Origin: Octopus vulgaris
Taxonomy: Eukaryota
DNA length: 64,000 nucleotides
Reading direction: 5' to 3'
Assembly: GCA_951406725.2 (NCBI GenBank)
Contig: CATOCA020000001.1
Coordinates: 4,960,001 to 5,024,000 of the forward strand
The position numbers and the translations under genes were made by a program. Below the pieces are notes generated by a model that searched no databases, was not told the origin of the DNA, and saw only the letters and a program-made list of their open reading frames with translations. Position 1 is the stretch's first letter; every line of letters begins with the position of its first letter. Positions 1 through 18,903 of this stretch are shown here, piece after piece.

Positions 1-469
1 TAGGCAAATCTAACAGTGAAAAACATAAGCCAATACATAAAATTTATTTAAAAATATAAAAGTTTAAATTTTATAAATTATTTAAATAATTTAAACTTAA
101 AAAATTCATTTATTTATATAATAATAAAGAAAAAAATTAACAAATAAATAATTAAATAAATTGATTAATAAATAAACTAATAAATAAAATAACATATCAA
201 TATAAAAATATACATACATACACACATATATATATATATATTTGTATATATATATATTTAAAATTTATAAGTTTAAATTATTTAAATAATTTTTTAAATT
301 TTAACTTTTATATTTTTAAATTCATTTTATGTATTGGCTTATGTTTTTCACTGTTTGATTTGCCTAATAATGGTTTTATCTCTAATTTAATATAATATAA
401 TATATTTATACTATAAAATTGGATTTAATCCTAAATCTAATTTTTCCCTGCAATTTTGGATTTATTCCC

Positions 470-528
<59 letters not shown>

Positions 529-680
529 TAATAAATATTAGGGAATAAATCCAAAATTACAGGGAAAAAATCAGATTTAGGATTAAATCCAATTTTATAG
601 TAAAATATTATATAATATTAATTCGAGACAAAACCACTATTTTGCAAATCAAACAAGGAAAGACTTAATCAATACATAAA
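1..680. repeat. Nested AT-rich inverted repeats (1-100 vs 265-366; 365-478 vs 535-645) around (TA)n
   Basis: taggcaaatc...aaactta is the reverse complement of taagttt...gatttgccta; ggatttaatcctaaatct/agatttaggattaaatcc. Confidence 0.8.
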
Positions 681-3424
681 AAATTTTAATATAAAGTAAA
701 TAAATCGCCACTACAATTGTTTCATGTCTTCAAATGACATTCGTCAGGTGTATATCCGATCTAAAAATATCAATATTTTAAAATATAAGTTTAAAATAAT
801 ATAAATTTATCAATGAAAGAAAATAAATATATATAATCTATATATAATCTATATATAATCTATATATAATCAACATATAATCTAAAATAAACCCTATAAA
901 CAATTGAATATAAAGAAACCTATTAGTAAAGTTCACATATTTAAAGATGTACAAAAAACAAAAAACAAAAATAAAAATAAACTATATATACACACATGCT
1001 CATACACATATATCTAAGTATAAATAACCATATCTAAATACATACACTAACTCACACACCTATATATATAACTCTATACATACACATAAAAACATCTAGG
1101 CAACGATAAATTAATAAAATAGCCAAATACTTCAACACATTACTTATTCATACTCCCTCGCACACACATACAACCCACATTCATAAACAATATACATATA
1201 CCCGCTCACACATACATATACATACGTACAGAACTCGATATATACACCAATATATTCACACCCACAGCCATACAGATAAATAAATTACACAAACAAACAC
1301 ACACACACACACACATTCACACATACATAAACACTAAAAAAAAAAAATTCTTTGCGCGTGGTAAGCGAACGTTATTTAAAAATTATGAATGGAATAGAAT
1401 GGAATAATATTTTAATCAACGTAAATAGACAGAATTTACCCCAAAAATCATTAATAAACCAACCATGATAAATGAAACCCTTATATACATATAATGATAA
1501 AACTCGCTTTACCATACACAATAATACCTATATAGCAATCCCCATAACCTATACATTCACACACAAATACACACACGTAAAACACACACCCACAACATAT
1601 ACATATACCCACTCACACATACATATACATACGTACAAAACTCGATATATACAACAATATATTCACACCCACACCCATACAGATAAATAAATTACGCAAA
1701 CAAATACACACACACACACACACATTCACACATTCATAAACACTCAAAACAAAAAACATTTCTAAACATAATACGATATATAGAACACTCCATAAGTAAC
1801 CAGATTAACATAAGTAACAATATTAACATAAGGAGAAAAAAATACATACCTTCTATTCAGTTTTAATTTATGAAATGAATTTAAACTCTAACCGTTATAA
1901 CGTTTACAAAATTACGTTACCATAGAAACCGAACATATTTATAAAAATTCTTCGCGCTTGGTGAACGAACGTTATTTAAAAATTAGGAATGGAATAGAAT
2001 GGAATTATAAAAATTCTTTGCGCGTGGTGAACGAACGTTATTTAAAATTATGAATGGAATAGAATGGAATAATAATTTAATCAACGTAAATAGACAGAAT
2101 TTACTACAAATTCTTTAATAAAACAACCATGATAAACGAAACTCAAATATACATATAATGATAAAACCTCCCTTTACCAAACACTATAACATACCTATAT
2201 AGCAATCCCCCTAATCTATACATTCACACACAAATACACACACGTAAAACACACACCCACTACATATACATATACCCACTCCACTCACACATACATATAC
2301 ATACGTACAAAACTCGATATATACACCAAAATATTCACACCCACACCCATACAGATAAATAAATATATATATCCATAAAAATGGGTGCAATCTCACGCAC
2401 ATCAATCATGCATGTATACAAGTGCATACACAAGCACACACTTTTACATAGCAATCATGCACTCCCGCATCTACACATGCACTTATACACGCGCACACAT
2501 GCACACACACCCATGCACATGCATATTCACGGACTCTCTCCTAAACATCTAAATATACGTATAAATAGCTACAAACAATACCCAATAAAAAACTACCATG
2601 AACAACATACCAAGCTATAATACATGGGGACTAAATATACTAAAAAATTCTTTAATAAAACAATCATGATAAACGAAATCCATACATACAAATATAAAGA
2701 TAAAATCCCTTACCAAATACACAATACACACAAATACACACACATATATACACACACCCACAAACATAACCATATACACATTCACACATACAAATACCTA
2801 CGTACAAAACTCGATATATACACCATATACATTCCCACACCCAATAGATTATTAAAGAAATACAATACAAACATAAATATATATATATATATAAAATATA
2901 TATATATATATATACATTCACACATATCATCACATACACATATATATAAAATACACTCTTTCAAAAAAGTAAATAAATATTTAATAAATGTATATATGAG
3001 TGTGTACACGCAGACGGGTGCAATCACACGCACATTCAAACATGCATGTATACAAGTGCATAAATAATCACACTCAATTACATAGCACTCATACACTCCC
3101 GCATCTACACTTGCACTTGTACACACGCACACATGCATACACACCCATACTTACATATTCACGGACACTCTCCTAAATATCTATATAAACGTATATTGCA
3201 ACAAACAATACCCAAATAAAACTGCCATATCAACATACCAAATATAATACAAGGGGATTGTAAACATTCACACATACATACAAACCTCAATATATACACC
3301 ACTAAATACGCCCATGAAACAATTGTAGTGGCGATTTATTTACTTTATATTAAAATTTTTTATGTATTGATTAAGTCTTTCCTTGTTTGATTTGCAAAAT
3401 AGTGGTTTTGTCTAGAATTAATAT

Positions 3425-3428
<4 letters not shown>
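611..3428. mobile_element. ~2.8-kb element bounded by ~115-bp inverted repeats, with internal imperfect tandem duplications; probably Penelope-like pLTR-derived
   Basis: 611-726 is the reverse complement of 3313-3428; internal blocks such as catacatatacatacgtacaaaactcgatata recur near 1210, 1620, 2290 and 2790. Confidence 0.55.
709..750 (-). ncRNA. Minimal type I hammerhead ribozyme (Penelope-like element type)
   Basis: Minus strand: cac CUGACGA AUGUC auuugaa GACAU GAAAC AAUU GUA gug. Intact core, stem I cac/gug, stem II AUGUC/GACAU, palindromic loop III. Confidence 0.75.
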
Positions 3429-3485
<57 letters not shown>

Positions 3486-3487
<2 letters not shown>

Positions 3488-3860
3488 TGCAAGAGTGGCT
3501 GTGTGGTAAGTAGCTTAGTTAACAACCACATGGTTCCGGGTTCAGTCCCACTGCGTTGCATCTTGGGCAAGTGTCTTCTGCTATAGCCCCGGGCCGACCA
3601 ATGCCTTGTGAGTGGATTTGGTGGACGGAAACTGAAAGAAGCCTGTCGTATACATATATATGTATATATGTGTGTGCTTGGGTGTCTGTCCCCCTAGTAT
3701 TGCTTGACAACCGATGCTGGTGTGTTTACGTCCCCGTCACTTAGCGGTTCGGCAAAAAGAGACCGATACAGTCTAACAAAGAATAAGTTCCAGGGTCGAT
3801 TTGCTCGACTAAAGTCGGTGCTCCAGCATGGCCGCAGTCAAATGACTGAAACAAGTAAAA
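3486..3860 (+). mobile_element. tRNA-derived SINE (octopus-type family A)
   Basis: A-box-like tggctgtgtggtaa, B-box-like ggttcagtccc; further copies at 62011-62400(-), 7010-7290(-), 3920-4210(-), 46930-47340(-). Confidence 0.8.
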
Positions 3861-3883
3861 GAGAAAAAGAGAAAAGAGAAAAA

Positions 3884-3920
<37 letters not shown>

Positions 3921-4032
3921 ACGGGCTTCTTTCAGTTTCCGTTCACCAACCTCACTCACAAGATTTTGATTGCCCAAGGCTACAGTAAACACACTTGCCT
4001 AAATAGCCTCACACGCTCTTTCTCTCCTTCTC

Positions 4033-4066
<34 letters not shown>

Positions 4067-4691
4067 GTGTTTATGTCCGCGTAACTTAGCTGTTCGGCAA
4101 AACAGACCGATAGGATAAGTACTCGGCTTACAAAGGATATGTCCCCGTATTGATTTGTCCGACTGGAGGCGGTGCTGCAGCATGGCCCCAGTCAAATGCC
4201 TCAAAAAATAGAGGAACGAATAAAAGAATATAGAGAAAGAGACGTATGTGGGTGTATATAGCCTTGATAATAATGAGAGTTGTTTACTGGGATAGAAGTA
4301 TAATTTTTTTTTTTATAAAAGCGACTTCAGTTGTTAATGTTAAGTCAAGTGTAACAACACTCTTCGCTTATTGTGGCATAAGTCACACAAACACCTTTTC
4401 TTCGATTCGCACACACACAGGCACACCTGTTTCATACTAACAATTACTACTAGAGACACACTCAATGACTTGTTAGTAATATTTATAACTATTCCTTGGT
4501 AATTTACATTCTGGGTTCGAATCCCGTCACCTTTTTTCATTTGAGGGTCGATACAATTCTCTCAAGATTAACTTCGGCGTCGATGTAATTAATTAGCAAA
4601 AGTTAAAACCTTATAATTGTAGTAAGCAGAATTATTTGTTGCTCGAAGTGCACCTTGTAGATGATTATTCTATTTATATAAGGACGTAGGG

Positions 4692-5250
4692 TGGAGGTGC
4701 GTGGCTTAGGGGTTAGGGTGTCAGCATCATGATCGCATGATTGTGGTTTCGATTCCAGGATGGGGCGACGGGTTGGGTTCTTGAGCAAAACACTTCATTT
4801 CACGTTGCTCCAGTCCACTCAGCTGGCAAAAATGAGTAACGCTGCGATGGACTGGCGTCCCCTCCAGTTAGGGAACACATACGCCATTGAAAACGGGAAA
4901 CCGGGCTCATGAGCCTGGATAGGCTTTAAAAGGGCGAATTCATTTTGTGGAAGCGCAATGGCTCTGTGGTTAGGGGAGCGGACTCGCGGTCGGAGGATGG
5001 CAGTTTCGATTCCCAGACCGCGTGTTGTGTGTGTTTATTGAGCGATAATACCTAATGCTCTACGAGGCTCAGGCAGGGGTTGGTGGCGACCCCCTCTTCT
5101 ACTCTTTCGCCCCAAATTTCTCTCAAACTTTCTTCCTGTTTCTTGGGTAACGCTGTGATGGACTGGCGTCCCGTCCACCTGGGGAACACATACGCCACAT
5201 AAACTAGGAAACCGGGCCCATGAGCACTGACTTGAAAAGGGCGCATAAAA
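4692..5250 (+). mobile_element. Two adjacent tRNA-derived SINE copies (family B)
   Basis: Two heads (tggcttaggggttagg...gtttcgattcc; tggctctgtggttagg...gtttcgattcc) and a shared tail gatggactggcgtcc...ggaacacatacgcca...aaagggcg. Confidence 0.7.
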
Positions 5251-5799
5251 AGATACGGATAGAGAATGGAACAGAGAGAACGAGTGTGAGTGAAAGAGAG
5301 GGAGAGTGTGAGTGTGGGCAAAACAATCTCATAAACCCCCACTCCCAAAGAACAGAAACTATGAGTTACTTCTACACATCCTCTTGGAGATTAAGGGAAG
5401 TTAATTTCACATGTGCTCCCGTCCAACTCCCGCATCTGGAGCCCACTTCTCTCTTAACTTCCATACCTCTGTATCTATTCTTGGCCTTTACTTTGCACGG
5501 GTTGCACCCTATAGTATTTCTGTTTTACTTCCATCAAATCAGATATGGTCATTTCCACCATGGTAACAAGCTCCTATCTTCTTCCTTAGTAATTCTTCAG
5601 ATCCTTTCAACCAAAACAGCTTCGTCATCAACATTTATTCTTGTTAGATAGTAACATTATCTTTAATAATATTTATATGTCTTGTATATAAATATATGTG
5701 TGCGTTCGTGTACATATATACTACTATGTCACTCCGTCGGTTAAGACGAAGAGGATTCCAGTTGATCCAGTCAACGGAAGACTACTCGTGAAATTCTTT

Positions 5800-6559
5800 T
5801 CTACTCTAGGCAGAAGGTCCGAAATTTTAAGGGAGGGGGCCATCGATTACATCTACATCAGTACGAAACTTGTACTTGATTTATCCAACCCGAAACGATG
5901 AAAGGCAAAGTCGACCTAGACGGAATTTGAACTCAGAAAGTAAAGACAGACGAAATACCTATTTCTTTACTACCGACAGGGGGCTAAACACAGAGGGGAC
6001 GAACAAGGACAGAGAAACGGATTAAGTCGATTATATCGACCCCAGTGCGTAACTGGTCCTTATTTAATCGACCCCGAAACGATGAAAGGCAATGTCGACC
6101 TCGGTGGAATTTGAACTCAGAAAGTAAACACAGACGAAATACCTATTTGTTTACTACCCACATGGGGCTAAACAGAGAGGGGACAAACAAGGACAGACAT
6201 AGGTTTTAAGTCAATTATATCGACCCCAGTGCGTAACTGGTCCTTATTTAGTCGACCCCGAAACGATGAAAAGCAAAGTCGACCTCGGCGGAATTTGAAC
6301 TCAGAAAGTAAAGACAGACGAAATACCTATTTCTTTACTACCAACAGGGGCTAAACACAGAGGGGACGAACAAGGACAGACAAACTGATTAAGTCGTTTA
6401 TATCGACCCTAGTGCGTAACTGGTACTTAATTTATCGACCCCGAAACGATGAAAGGTAAAGTCGACCTCGGCGGAATTTGAACTCAGAACGTAGCGGCAG
6501 ACGAAATACTGCTAAGCATTTCGCCCGGCGCGCTAACGTTTCTGCCAGCTCGCCGCCTT
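5800..6559 (-). mobile_element. tRNA-derived SINE (family C) with an internal ~184-bp unit repeated about 4 times
   Basis: cgatgaaagg(c/t)aaagtcgacc recurs near 5896, 6080, 6264 and 6447; head ggcggcgagctggcagaaacgttagc on the minus strand; single copies at ~22350(+), ~48300(-), 53295-53495(-). Confidence 0.8.
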
Positions 6560-7365
6560 AGAGTCTTCGGGAAATTAACGTGCAAGTAGCTGAGCACTCC
6601 AGAGACACGTGTACCCTTAACGTAGTTCTCGGTGAGATTCAGCGTGACACAGAGTGTGACTTGGCTGGCCCCTTTGAAATACAGGTACAACAGAAACAGG
6701 AAGACAGAGTGAGAGAAAGTTGTGATGAAATAATACAGCAGGGTTCACCACCAGTCCTTGCTGGAGCCTCGTAGAGCTTTAGGTGTTTTAGTTTAATGAA
6801 CACTTGCGACGAATTGGACTTCATTTCACATTCCTTGGCAAGAATGACTCACCCTGCGATGGACTGCTGTCCCGTCCATATGCGGAATATATATGCCAAG
6901 GTAGACTGTTCCCATGCGTCTAGCTGCCAACAGAAGTAACTTTATTTACTATTCATATATGTATATATATGTGTATGTATATGTGCGTATATATGTATGT
7001 ATTTGCTTGCTTTTTAAGTCTAGTTGTTATTCTATCGGTATCTTTTGCCGAACCGCAAAGTTACGGGGACGTAAACACAACAGCATTGGTTGTGAAGCGA
7101 TGGTGCGGTGACAAACACATATATATACATCCGATGGGCTTCTTTCAGTTTCCGTCTACCAAATCTACACACAAGGATTGGGTCAGCCCGTGGCTATAGA
7201 ATAAGACACTCGCCAAAGGTGCCACGCATTGAGATTGAACTCAGAACATTGTGGTAGGTAAGCAAGATTCTCACCACACAGCCACGTTCACTTTCCAACT
7301 TTCTAAATATCGATGTATATATTTGTATATATAAATATATTATGTGCACACGTACATCGAGAAAT

Positions 7366-7440
<75 letters not shown>

Positions 7441-7696
7441 GAGAGTGTGATAGATAGATACATACATATATGCACAAATATATACACAAACACAAACACA
7501 ACAAAATCGAAACAGTCGCCCACACACATGCATGGGCACACACACACACATAGCGTCAATTACTGCTATGTCTTGATAACCACATATCCTGTTGGTATTA
7601 TTTATAGTTATTTGCTGGAAGCCTACATTCTGGGTTCGAATTCTATTATTCAACACTAATTTATCATTTCAGGGTTGACGAAATAACAACGATGAA

Positions 7697-7771
<75 letters not shown>

Positions 7772-7868
7772 GTGTGTGAAAGTATGTATTTATTCACCCT
7801 CACTAGTGAGGGGGTTAAATGTATGTATATATGTATATGTATATAGACATATAAATATCTATCTATAT

Positions 7869-7968
7869 NNNNNNNNNNNNNNNNNNNNNNNNNNNNNNNN
7901 NNNNNNNNNNNNNNNNNNNNNNNNNNNNNNNNNNNNNNNNNNNNNNNNNNNNNNNNNNNNNNNNNNNN
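7869..7968. other. Assembly gap (100 N)
   Basis: N run. Confidence 1.
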
Positions 7969-12822
<4,854 letters not shown>

Positions 12823-12859
12823 TATTATTATTTTTATTATTATTATTATAATTATTATT

Positions 12860-13198
12860 GTTATTGGAAATTTCTTCCGGCTAAACATTTCACTCACTTC
12901 TTCACAGTAAAATTATATCATTTAATGCAATCATTAATGTGATATTCCCTCCAGTTTCATATTAAAGAAAAGCTTAGGCAGGGTTATGTATATATTACAT
13001 CACACACAGAGACACAAACACACACACACACACGAACAATCGTACACATCAACTCTCCTCCTCTTCTTTCCCCTCTCTCTCTTCTATCACTCCCTCTACC
13101 CGTCTCTCATTTTAACTCTTCCACTTCCACCGCCAATCATCATAAACTGCTGACTGAAATTTTCAAATCGAAATTATATAATTAGAAATACAGATAAC

Positions 13199-13239
<41 letters not shown>

Positions 13240-13600
13240 TATGTCTTAGGATGTGGAATGTTCGTATCAGCTAACACGGACTACGTCATCATAATACTGT
13301 CCACGAAGTGTTGATAGGAGCAAAGCTTATCCAGGAGAAGTCGGTGGGCCTGCAAATCGGCAGATGGAGTGGCAGACCCATACCAACCGACAGTTTGTAG
13401 GGCGCTAAAGTGAAAGACAGGTTAAACTGTTTGGGGTCTGGTCTGCTGTAGACCCCGAGGTGGGACAACAACGGGTGGGAGGTGACGAACAGGATAGTCG
13501 ATCTCACCCAGAAATTGGCAGAGAGGAAGCTGTTCGTGAAGGGTCGAGTCGAGGTGGCGAATGCGTACATCGCTTCCGTCATCTATGACTGCCTGAATAT
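12860..13600 (+). repeat. Local duplication, paralogous to 17270-18010, including a Tx1/L1 fragment
   Basis: Shared colinear sequence from attggaa...ccggctaaac through cttccgtcatctatgactgcctgaat. Confidence 0.85.
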
Positions 13601-14017
13601 AATAACCACATTGTATCAAACGCCAGGATAGAAGTGTTTGTCTGGTACGTTGATTTTTGTTAATTTTTATGTCTTGACAAAGGCTGCGCTGATGAGTGAA
13701 AAGTGCATTTTGTGCACTAATTACGGAATCATATGATGTTCAGCTACGTCTGTTTCTGGAGGCTCGCTTTGAGAGTTGCATTCCCTCGCGTTTTGTACAA
13801 TGTGGGCATTATAGTAGTTTTGACTTCAAGAGACCCTCCTAGCGTGAGGCATTTATGTATAAGTAATGCCCTTAATATATATAAATATATTCATAGTGAA
13901 TAATTAATAAGTTATCCTTTCTGAGGTTTTCACGATAACTACTTGATAAATCCTCGTAAAAATTCTATCCTATATTTCAATTATATATATTTATTAGTAG
14001 CCCCAAACTTACTTTGT

Positions 14018-14048
<31 letters not shown>

Positions 14049-14667
14049 TTACGTATATATATATATATTTTACATATATGTATATATCTATGTATATCTG
14101 AGCGCGTGTATGTATATGTGTATGTGTTTCAGTTTATCCACTATGACCGCTTGGGAACAGGTTCCGGTTTTTTACGTCCCAGTAATTTGGCCGATCGGTA
14201 TCTTGTTAAATTCCTTACAACCACTTGAAACTTTTCACATTTTTACCACATCATTTTCAAAGCATTTACGTCTGATTCAGAATTGCCTGCCGCTGACGAT
14301 AATTGCCTTCATGTTTTTCTTTTTTCTGGTAAATAATAATAAAAAATCAAAAGTATAAATTTGCGTAACTGTAGGCAAATCAGCGGAAGGGATCGCGAGA
14401 ATACGCAGCAGGCTTAACAACAAATACTGGGGTCGATTTGTGCGACTAAAACACTTTAAGGCAGTGCCCCAGCATAGTCGCAGCCCAATGGATGACAAAC
14501 GTAAGGAATTGTTTACAGCTGTGGTTTAAATTCTACGCCATAAATTAGAATTGTCGGATCTCATCGAAGACAGCGAACGGGAATTGAAGCTCTATGGTTT
14601 GTGTTCCTGAAATTTTAAAGGATGCAACAATAGAAAATGATCTATCTATCGATCAATCAATCGATCT

Positions 14668-14735
<68 letters not shown>

Positions 14736-14764
14736 CCTATATATCTACATATCTATCTATCTAT

Positions 14765-15565
14765 CTGGAACGAGATAACGAGTAGGGTGGTCACTCTCGC
14801 CCAGCAATGGGCCGAGAGGAAAGTGTCCCTAAAAGGTCGGGCGGAGGTGGCGAACGCCTACATCGCGTCCATCATCTACAACCGCCTGACCGTCATACCT
14901 TGTCCCGACCCTACCATCACCAAACTAGAACGCATCCTCTTCCGCTTCTTGTGGAAAGGATGCGTCCTGTTGGTCAGGCGATCCATTTGCTGTCAACACC
15001 CGTTAAAAGAAGGGCTGGGCATGCCGTGGTTGATGATGCGCAGACACGCGCTGAGACTGCGACATCTCCGGCTCTATGTAGACGACGGTGAACAGGTGTG
15101 GTCACCGTTTGTGAGGCACGCATTCCCGCAACTCGTCTCCATGACCGAACAACAGTCGTGGATCAAAAAGAAGCCGAGTACGGGCGAATGGCACCGCGAG
15201 TGTCGCGTTGCTCTCAAGCAACTCTGCCTTCTCGGGTCGACCTTGAGTGACTTCAACACAACCAAAGAATTCTATAGGGGATTAGTGGAGGGGAGGTACG
15301 ACGACGATCTCGTGGCAAACCTGGGCGTCGACGAGGAATACCTGACCCACCTGTTTCAAACGACTTTCGGCCCGGGACCTATGGACAACTTCCAGAGCTC
15401 CCTGGCCTGGCGGTGCTACAGAGAAGCGCTACCCGTTCGGGATAAGCTCTATAGGCATGGCTCGAGAAACACGGGGCCGACCTGCCCGAGATGCGGGCAG
15501 AGCGACGAAACCGCTCTGCACGCAATCGTGCAGTGTCCAGCAATTTCCGACCTGTGGGCTTATTT
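14765..15565 (+). mobile_element. L1/Tx1-clade LINE ORF2 fragment (post-RT region + zinc knuckle)
   Basis: W..RKVSLKGRAEVAN...LFRFLWKG...GLGMP...AWRCYREALPVRDKL...CPRCGQSDETALHAIVQC. Confidence 0.85.
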
Positions 15566-15844
15566 ATCCTTCGTCCTGAATTCTCGCCCCTCCATCCTTA
15601 TCTCTATTTGCTCTTATTACCAGGTTCGTTCACGTTTGTCTGTATTTATATATGTATATATTTATTTATTCATTTATTTATATGACCTCAACATCCAAAC
15701 TTCCTCATTCTACATTGAGAGAAGGACGAGATGGACGCTTCATTTTTATGCTGTTGCCGCATTATGTCGTACGCGAATGAGAGGATTTGCATCCTCAACG
15801 TAGAATTTTTGATGTAATACATGTCCTTGAGGTAGTAATTGTGC

Positions 15845-15922
15845 GCGGCTGAAGAAGGCCACAGACACACATTATGCATTGTTATAAATCCGTCTAATAA
15901 AGGCCCGAAACTTATGTACCGC
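15845..15922 (+). ncRNA. Type I hammerhead ribozyme with long loop II
   Basis: gcgg CUGAAGA aGGCC (long loop) GGCCc GAAAC uuau GUA ccgc; stem I gcgg/ccgc. Confidence 0.6.
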
Positions 15923-16129
15923 TGAATCCTTGGCATCATGTTTTTATTTTGATTAATTTACTCCACCACCTACACCACCAAACGGTATATACAGGTGCTT
16001 ACAATTATCAAGTACTCACCCTGAATTTCTATATATATACATATATAGATATATGCGTACATAGGCACACTCACACACACACACACACATATAAGCTATT
16101 TGGAATGTGTTCTCTTGTCGATTGTCAGG

Positions 16130-16900
16130 TTGACTCTTGTTTTACATTAGAGATTTGATTGGCTTCGGGGCTTGCTCTAGGATTATTTAGAATTAGTGAA
16201 GTGCATGAATGTCGGGCGGTATTTAGGCTTACGATAAAAAATAACGTCAGAGAATTTAACAGCGAGGAGTTGTGGAGGCGAAGAATAGTTAATGACCCTT
16301 TTATACATAACATACATTTACCTATATTTGTGTTGTAGAGGGGAGCTTCACATACTATGGACCACGATAGAGCGTGTTGGACATTGTTTTGAATTGAGGC
16401 TGTAAATGTGTGTCGCTAAAGATTGAAATAGTTTAGATTCGGGATTAGTGAAAGAATACATATGAGCACGACAACGGCATTCAAAATCCTCAGTGCCCCA
16501 AATATACACCCTTGCCTGGTGGGTGCATGGGGTCATCACGTAGCACTTATAGATTACGCTTTTGAGGAGACAGGTGTCTGCATACCGTATATTTCAGAAG
16601 CGCGACATTTTCAAGTGGTTGTGGTTTACTATTAGTAATGTTGATGTTGGTTGGTTTGTTGTTAGTGGGGAGAATCTAAATTAGGATTTATATTAGTTTC
16701 GGATTGGGAGGTTGTAATGGAACTAATATCTATCGTCTAGTAGATAGGGTTGTAGAATGTTGGCTTAAGTGTAGTATTATACAATTGAGGTGGTTTATTA
16801 AGGTTTGAATTATTGTATTGTCAAAGCTAGCCTGGGATTTTCGGAAAAATTTTGTTTTATCCACACATAAAGCCTACCGGTGTTTTATAAAGACTTATGG
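16130..16900 (-). mobile_element. Degenerate Penelope-like element GIY-YIG endonuclease region
   Basis: Minus strand with frameshifts: CLLKSVIYKC...VYIWGTEDF..R..AHMYSF...SLATHIYSL...WSI..EAP...KCMLCIK...LLNS. Confidence 0.7.
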
Positions 16901-17098
16901 AACCACGGGTCCGCAGCTAGCTTTGTTGTTGTTGATGTTTATGTAGTTTCAAAATGTTTTATTCTTCAACTATGAGATGTATTGTTGATTTTTTGAATTT
17001 ATCTTACTATAATCAGCAACAAACACATTCCGTCAATATTAAATTCTTTATTGGATAAAAAAAAACATTATCAAAACATGAAGTTAAAACAAAACATA

Positions 17099-17158
<60 letters not shown>

Positions 17159-17202
17159 ATTATTATTAGTATTATTATCATTATCATTATTATTATTATT
17201 AA

Positions 17203-17275
<73 letters not shown>

Positions 17276-17605
17276 GGAATTTTTAACCGGCTAAACTTTT
17301 CACTCACTTCGTTACAATAAAATTATTTCATTTAATGCAATCGTTAATGTGATATTCCCTTCAGTTTCATATTAAAGAAAAGATTAGGCAGGGTTGTGTA
17401 TCTAATTGCATCATACACACAGACACACACACACACACACTCACAATCGTGCACATCATCTCTCCTCCTCTTCTTTTCCCTCTCTCTCTTCTATCACTCC
17501 CTCTCCCCACTCTTTCATTTTAACTCTTCCACTTCCACCGCCAATCATCATAAACTGCTGACTGAAACTTTTCAAATCGAAATTATATAACTAGAAATAC
17601 AGATG

Positions 17606-17658
<53 letters not shown>

Positions 17659-17779
17659 TTAGGATGAGGAATGTTCGTAACAGCTAACACGGACTGTGTC
17701 ATCATAATACTGTCCACGAAGCGGTGATAGGAGCAAAGCTTATCCAATAGAAGTCGGTGGGCCTGCAAATCGGCAGATG

Positions 17780-18740
17780 GAGAGGCAGACCCATACCTAC
17801 CGACAGGTTTTAGGGTCCTTAATGGAAAGACAGGTTAAACTGCTTGGGGTCTGGTCTGCTGTAGACCTCGAGGTGGACAACAACGGGTGGGAGGTGACGA
17901 ACAGGATAGTCGATCTCACCCAGAAATTGGCAGAGAGGAAGCTGTTCGTGAAGGGTCGAGTCGAGAGTCCTAATGCGTACATCGCTTCCGTCATCTATGA
18001 CTGCCTGAATTTAGTCCCATGCCCGATAAAGTTAGAGCGTTTGTTATTCCGCTTTCTAAAGAAGGGACGTGTTCCGCTCATCAGACGTTCTATCTGCTGT
18101 CAACAACCTCTCAGTGGAGTACTGTACATGTCGTTGCTAATGATTCGCAGACATGCGCTGAGACATCTCCTGCGTTTCTTTATGGGTTAGCATTGGGGAT
18201 TGACTGTTTGTCAAACGGGACTTTCCGCAGCTCGTCTCACTGAAGAAGCTACAGTACTGAGTGAAGCGTTGGCCAAGAAAGGGCGCTTGGCACCTGGAGT
18301 GTCGGCAAGCTCTCACAGCTTTCTGCCAGTCGGGCAATGCCGGCGTTGAAAGTTCCACCATGGATTTCTATAGGGGATTAGTAGAGGGGTAAGAACAAGG
18401 ACGAAATCGGGGTAAATTCTGGGCGTAGGTGGAGGGAATCAACTAACTGGTCTTTAACTTCCAGAAATCCCTGGTTTGGAAGTGCTACCGGGGAGCTCTG
18501 CCGATTCAAGACAAGCTCTACAGATACGAAAGTGTTGACGGACGGATATGTCAGGGATGTGCGCAGGGCGATCAAATAGTCCTGCATGCACTCATCCGTC
18601 CAGTTTACGAGCCGAGTTCATTGTAAAGATCGCCCCGCCACCTTTTTTCTGGCCGGGAAGGAAAAGCAGTTTCTCCTGCCCGGTGGCTAAAGAAGTAGAG
18701 TGGTGGACGAGACTGAAATCATTGAAGACTAAACCTTCTT
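17780..18740 (+). mobile_element. Degenerate L1/Tx1-clade LINE fragment, same family as 14765-15565
   Basis: VKLLGVW...ERKLFVKGRVE..NAYIASVIY...LERLLFRFL. Confidence 0.8.
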
Positions 18741-18820
18741 CACAGGAAAATTATGTCATTTAAAATTATCATTAAATATTATCATTAATATTCACTTCAG
18801 TTTTATATTAAAGCATTAGG

Positions 18821-18903
<83 letters not shown>

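Noticed and set aside
3486-3560. tRNA gene
   Set aside because: The tRNA-like head continues into a dispersed SINE body and no complete cloverleaf is evident
14637-15803. 388-aa ORF as a host gene
   Set aside because: Tx1/L1 ORF2 fragment fused to a (TATC)n repeat
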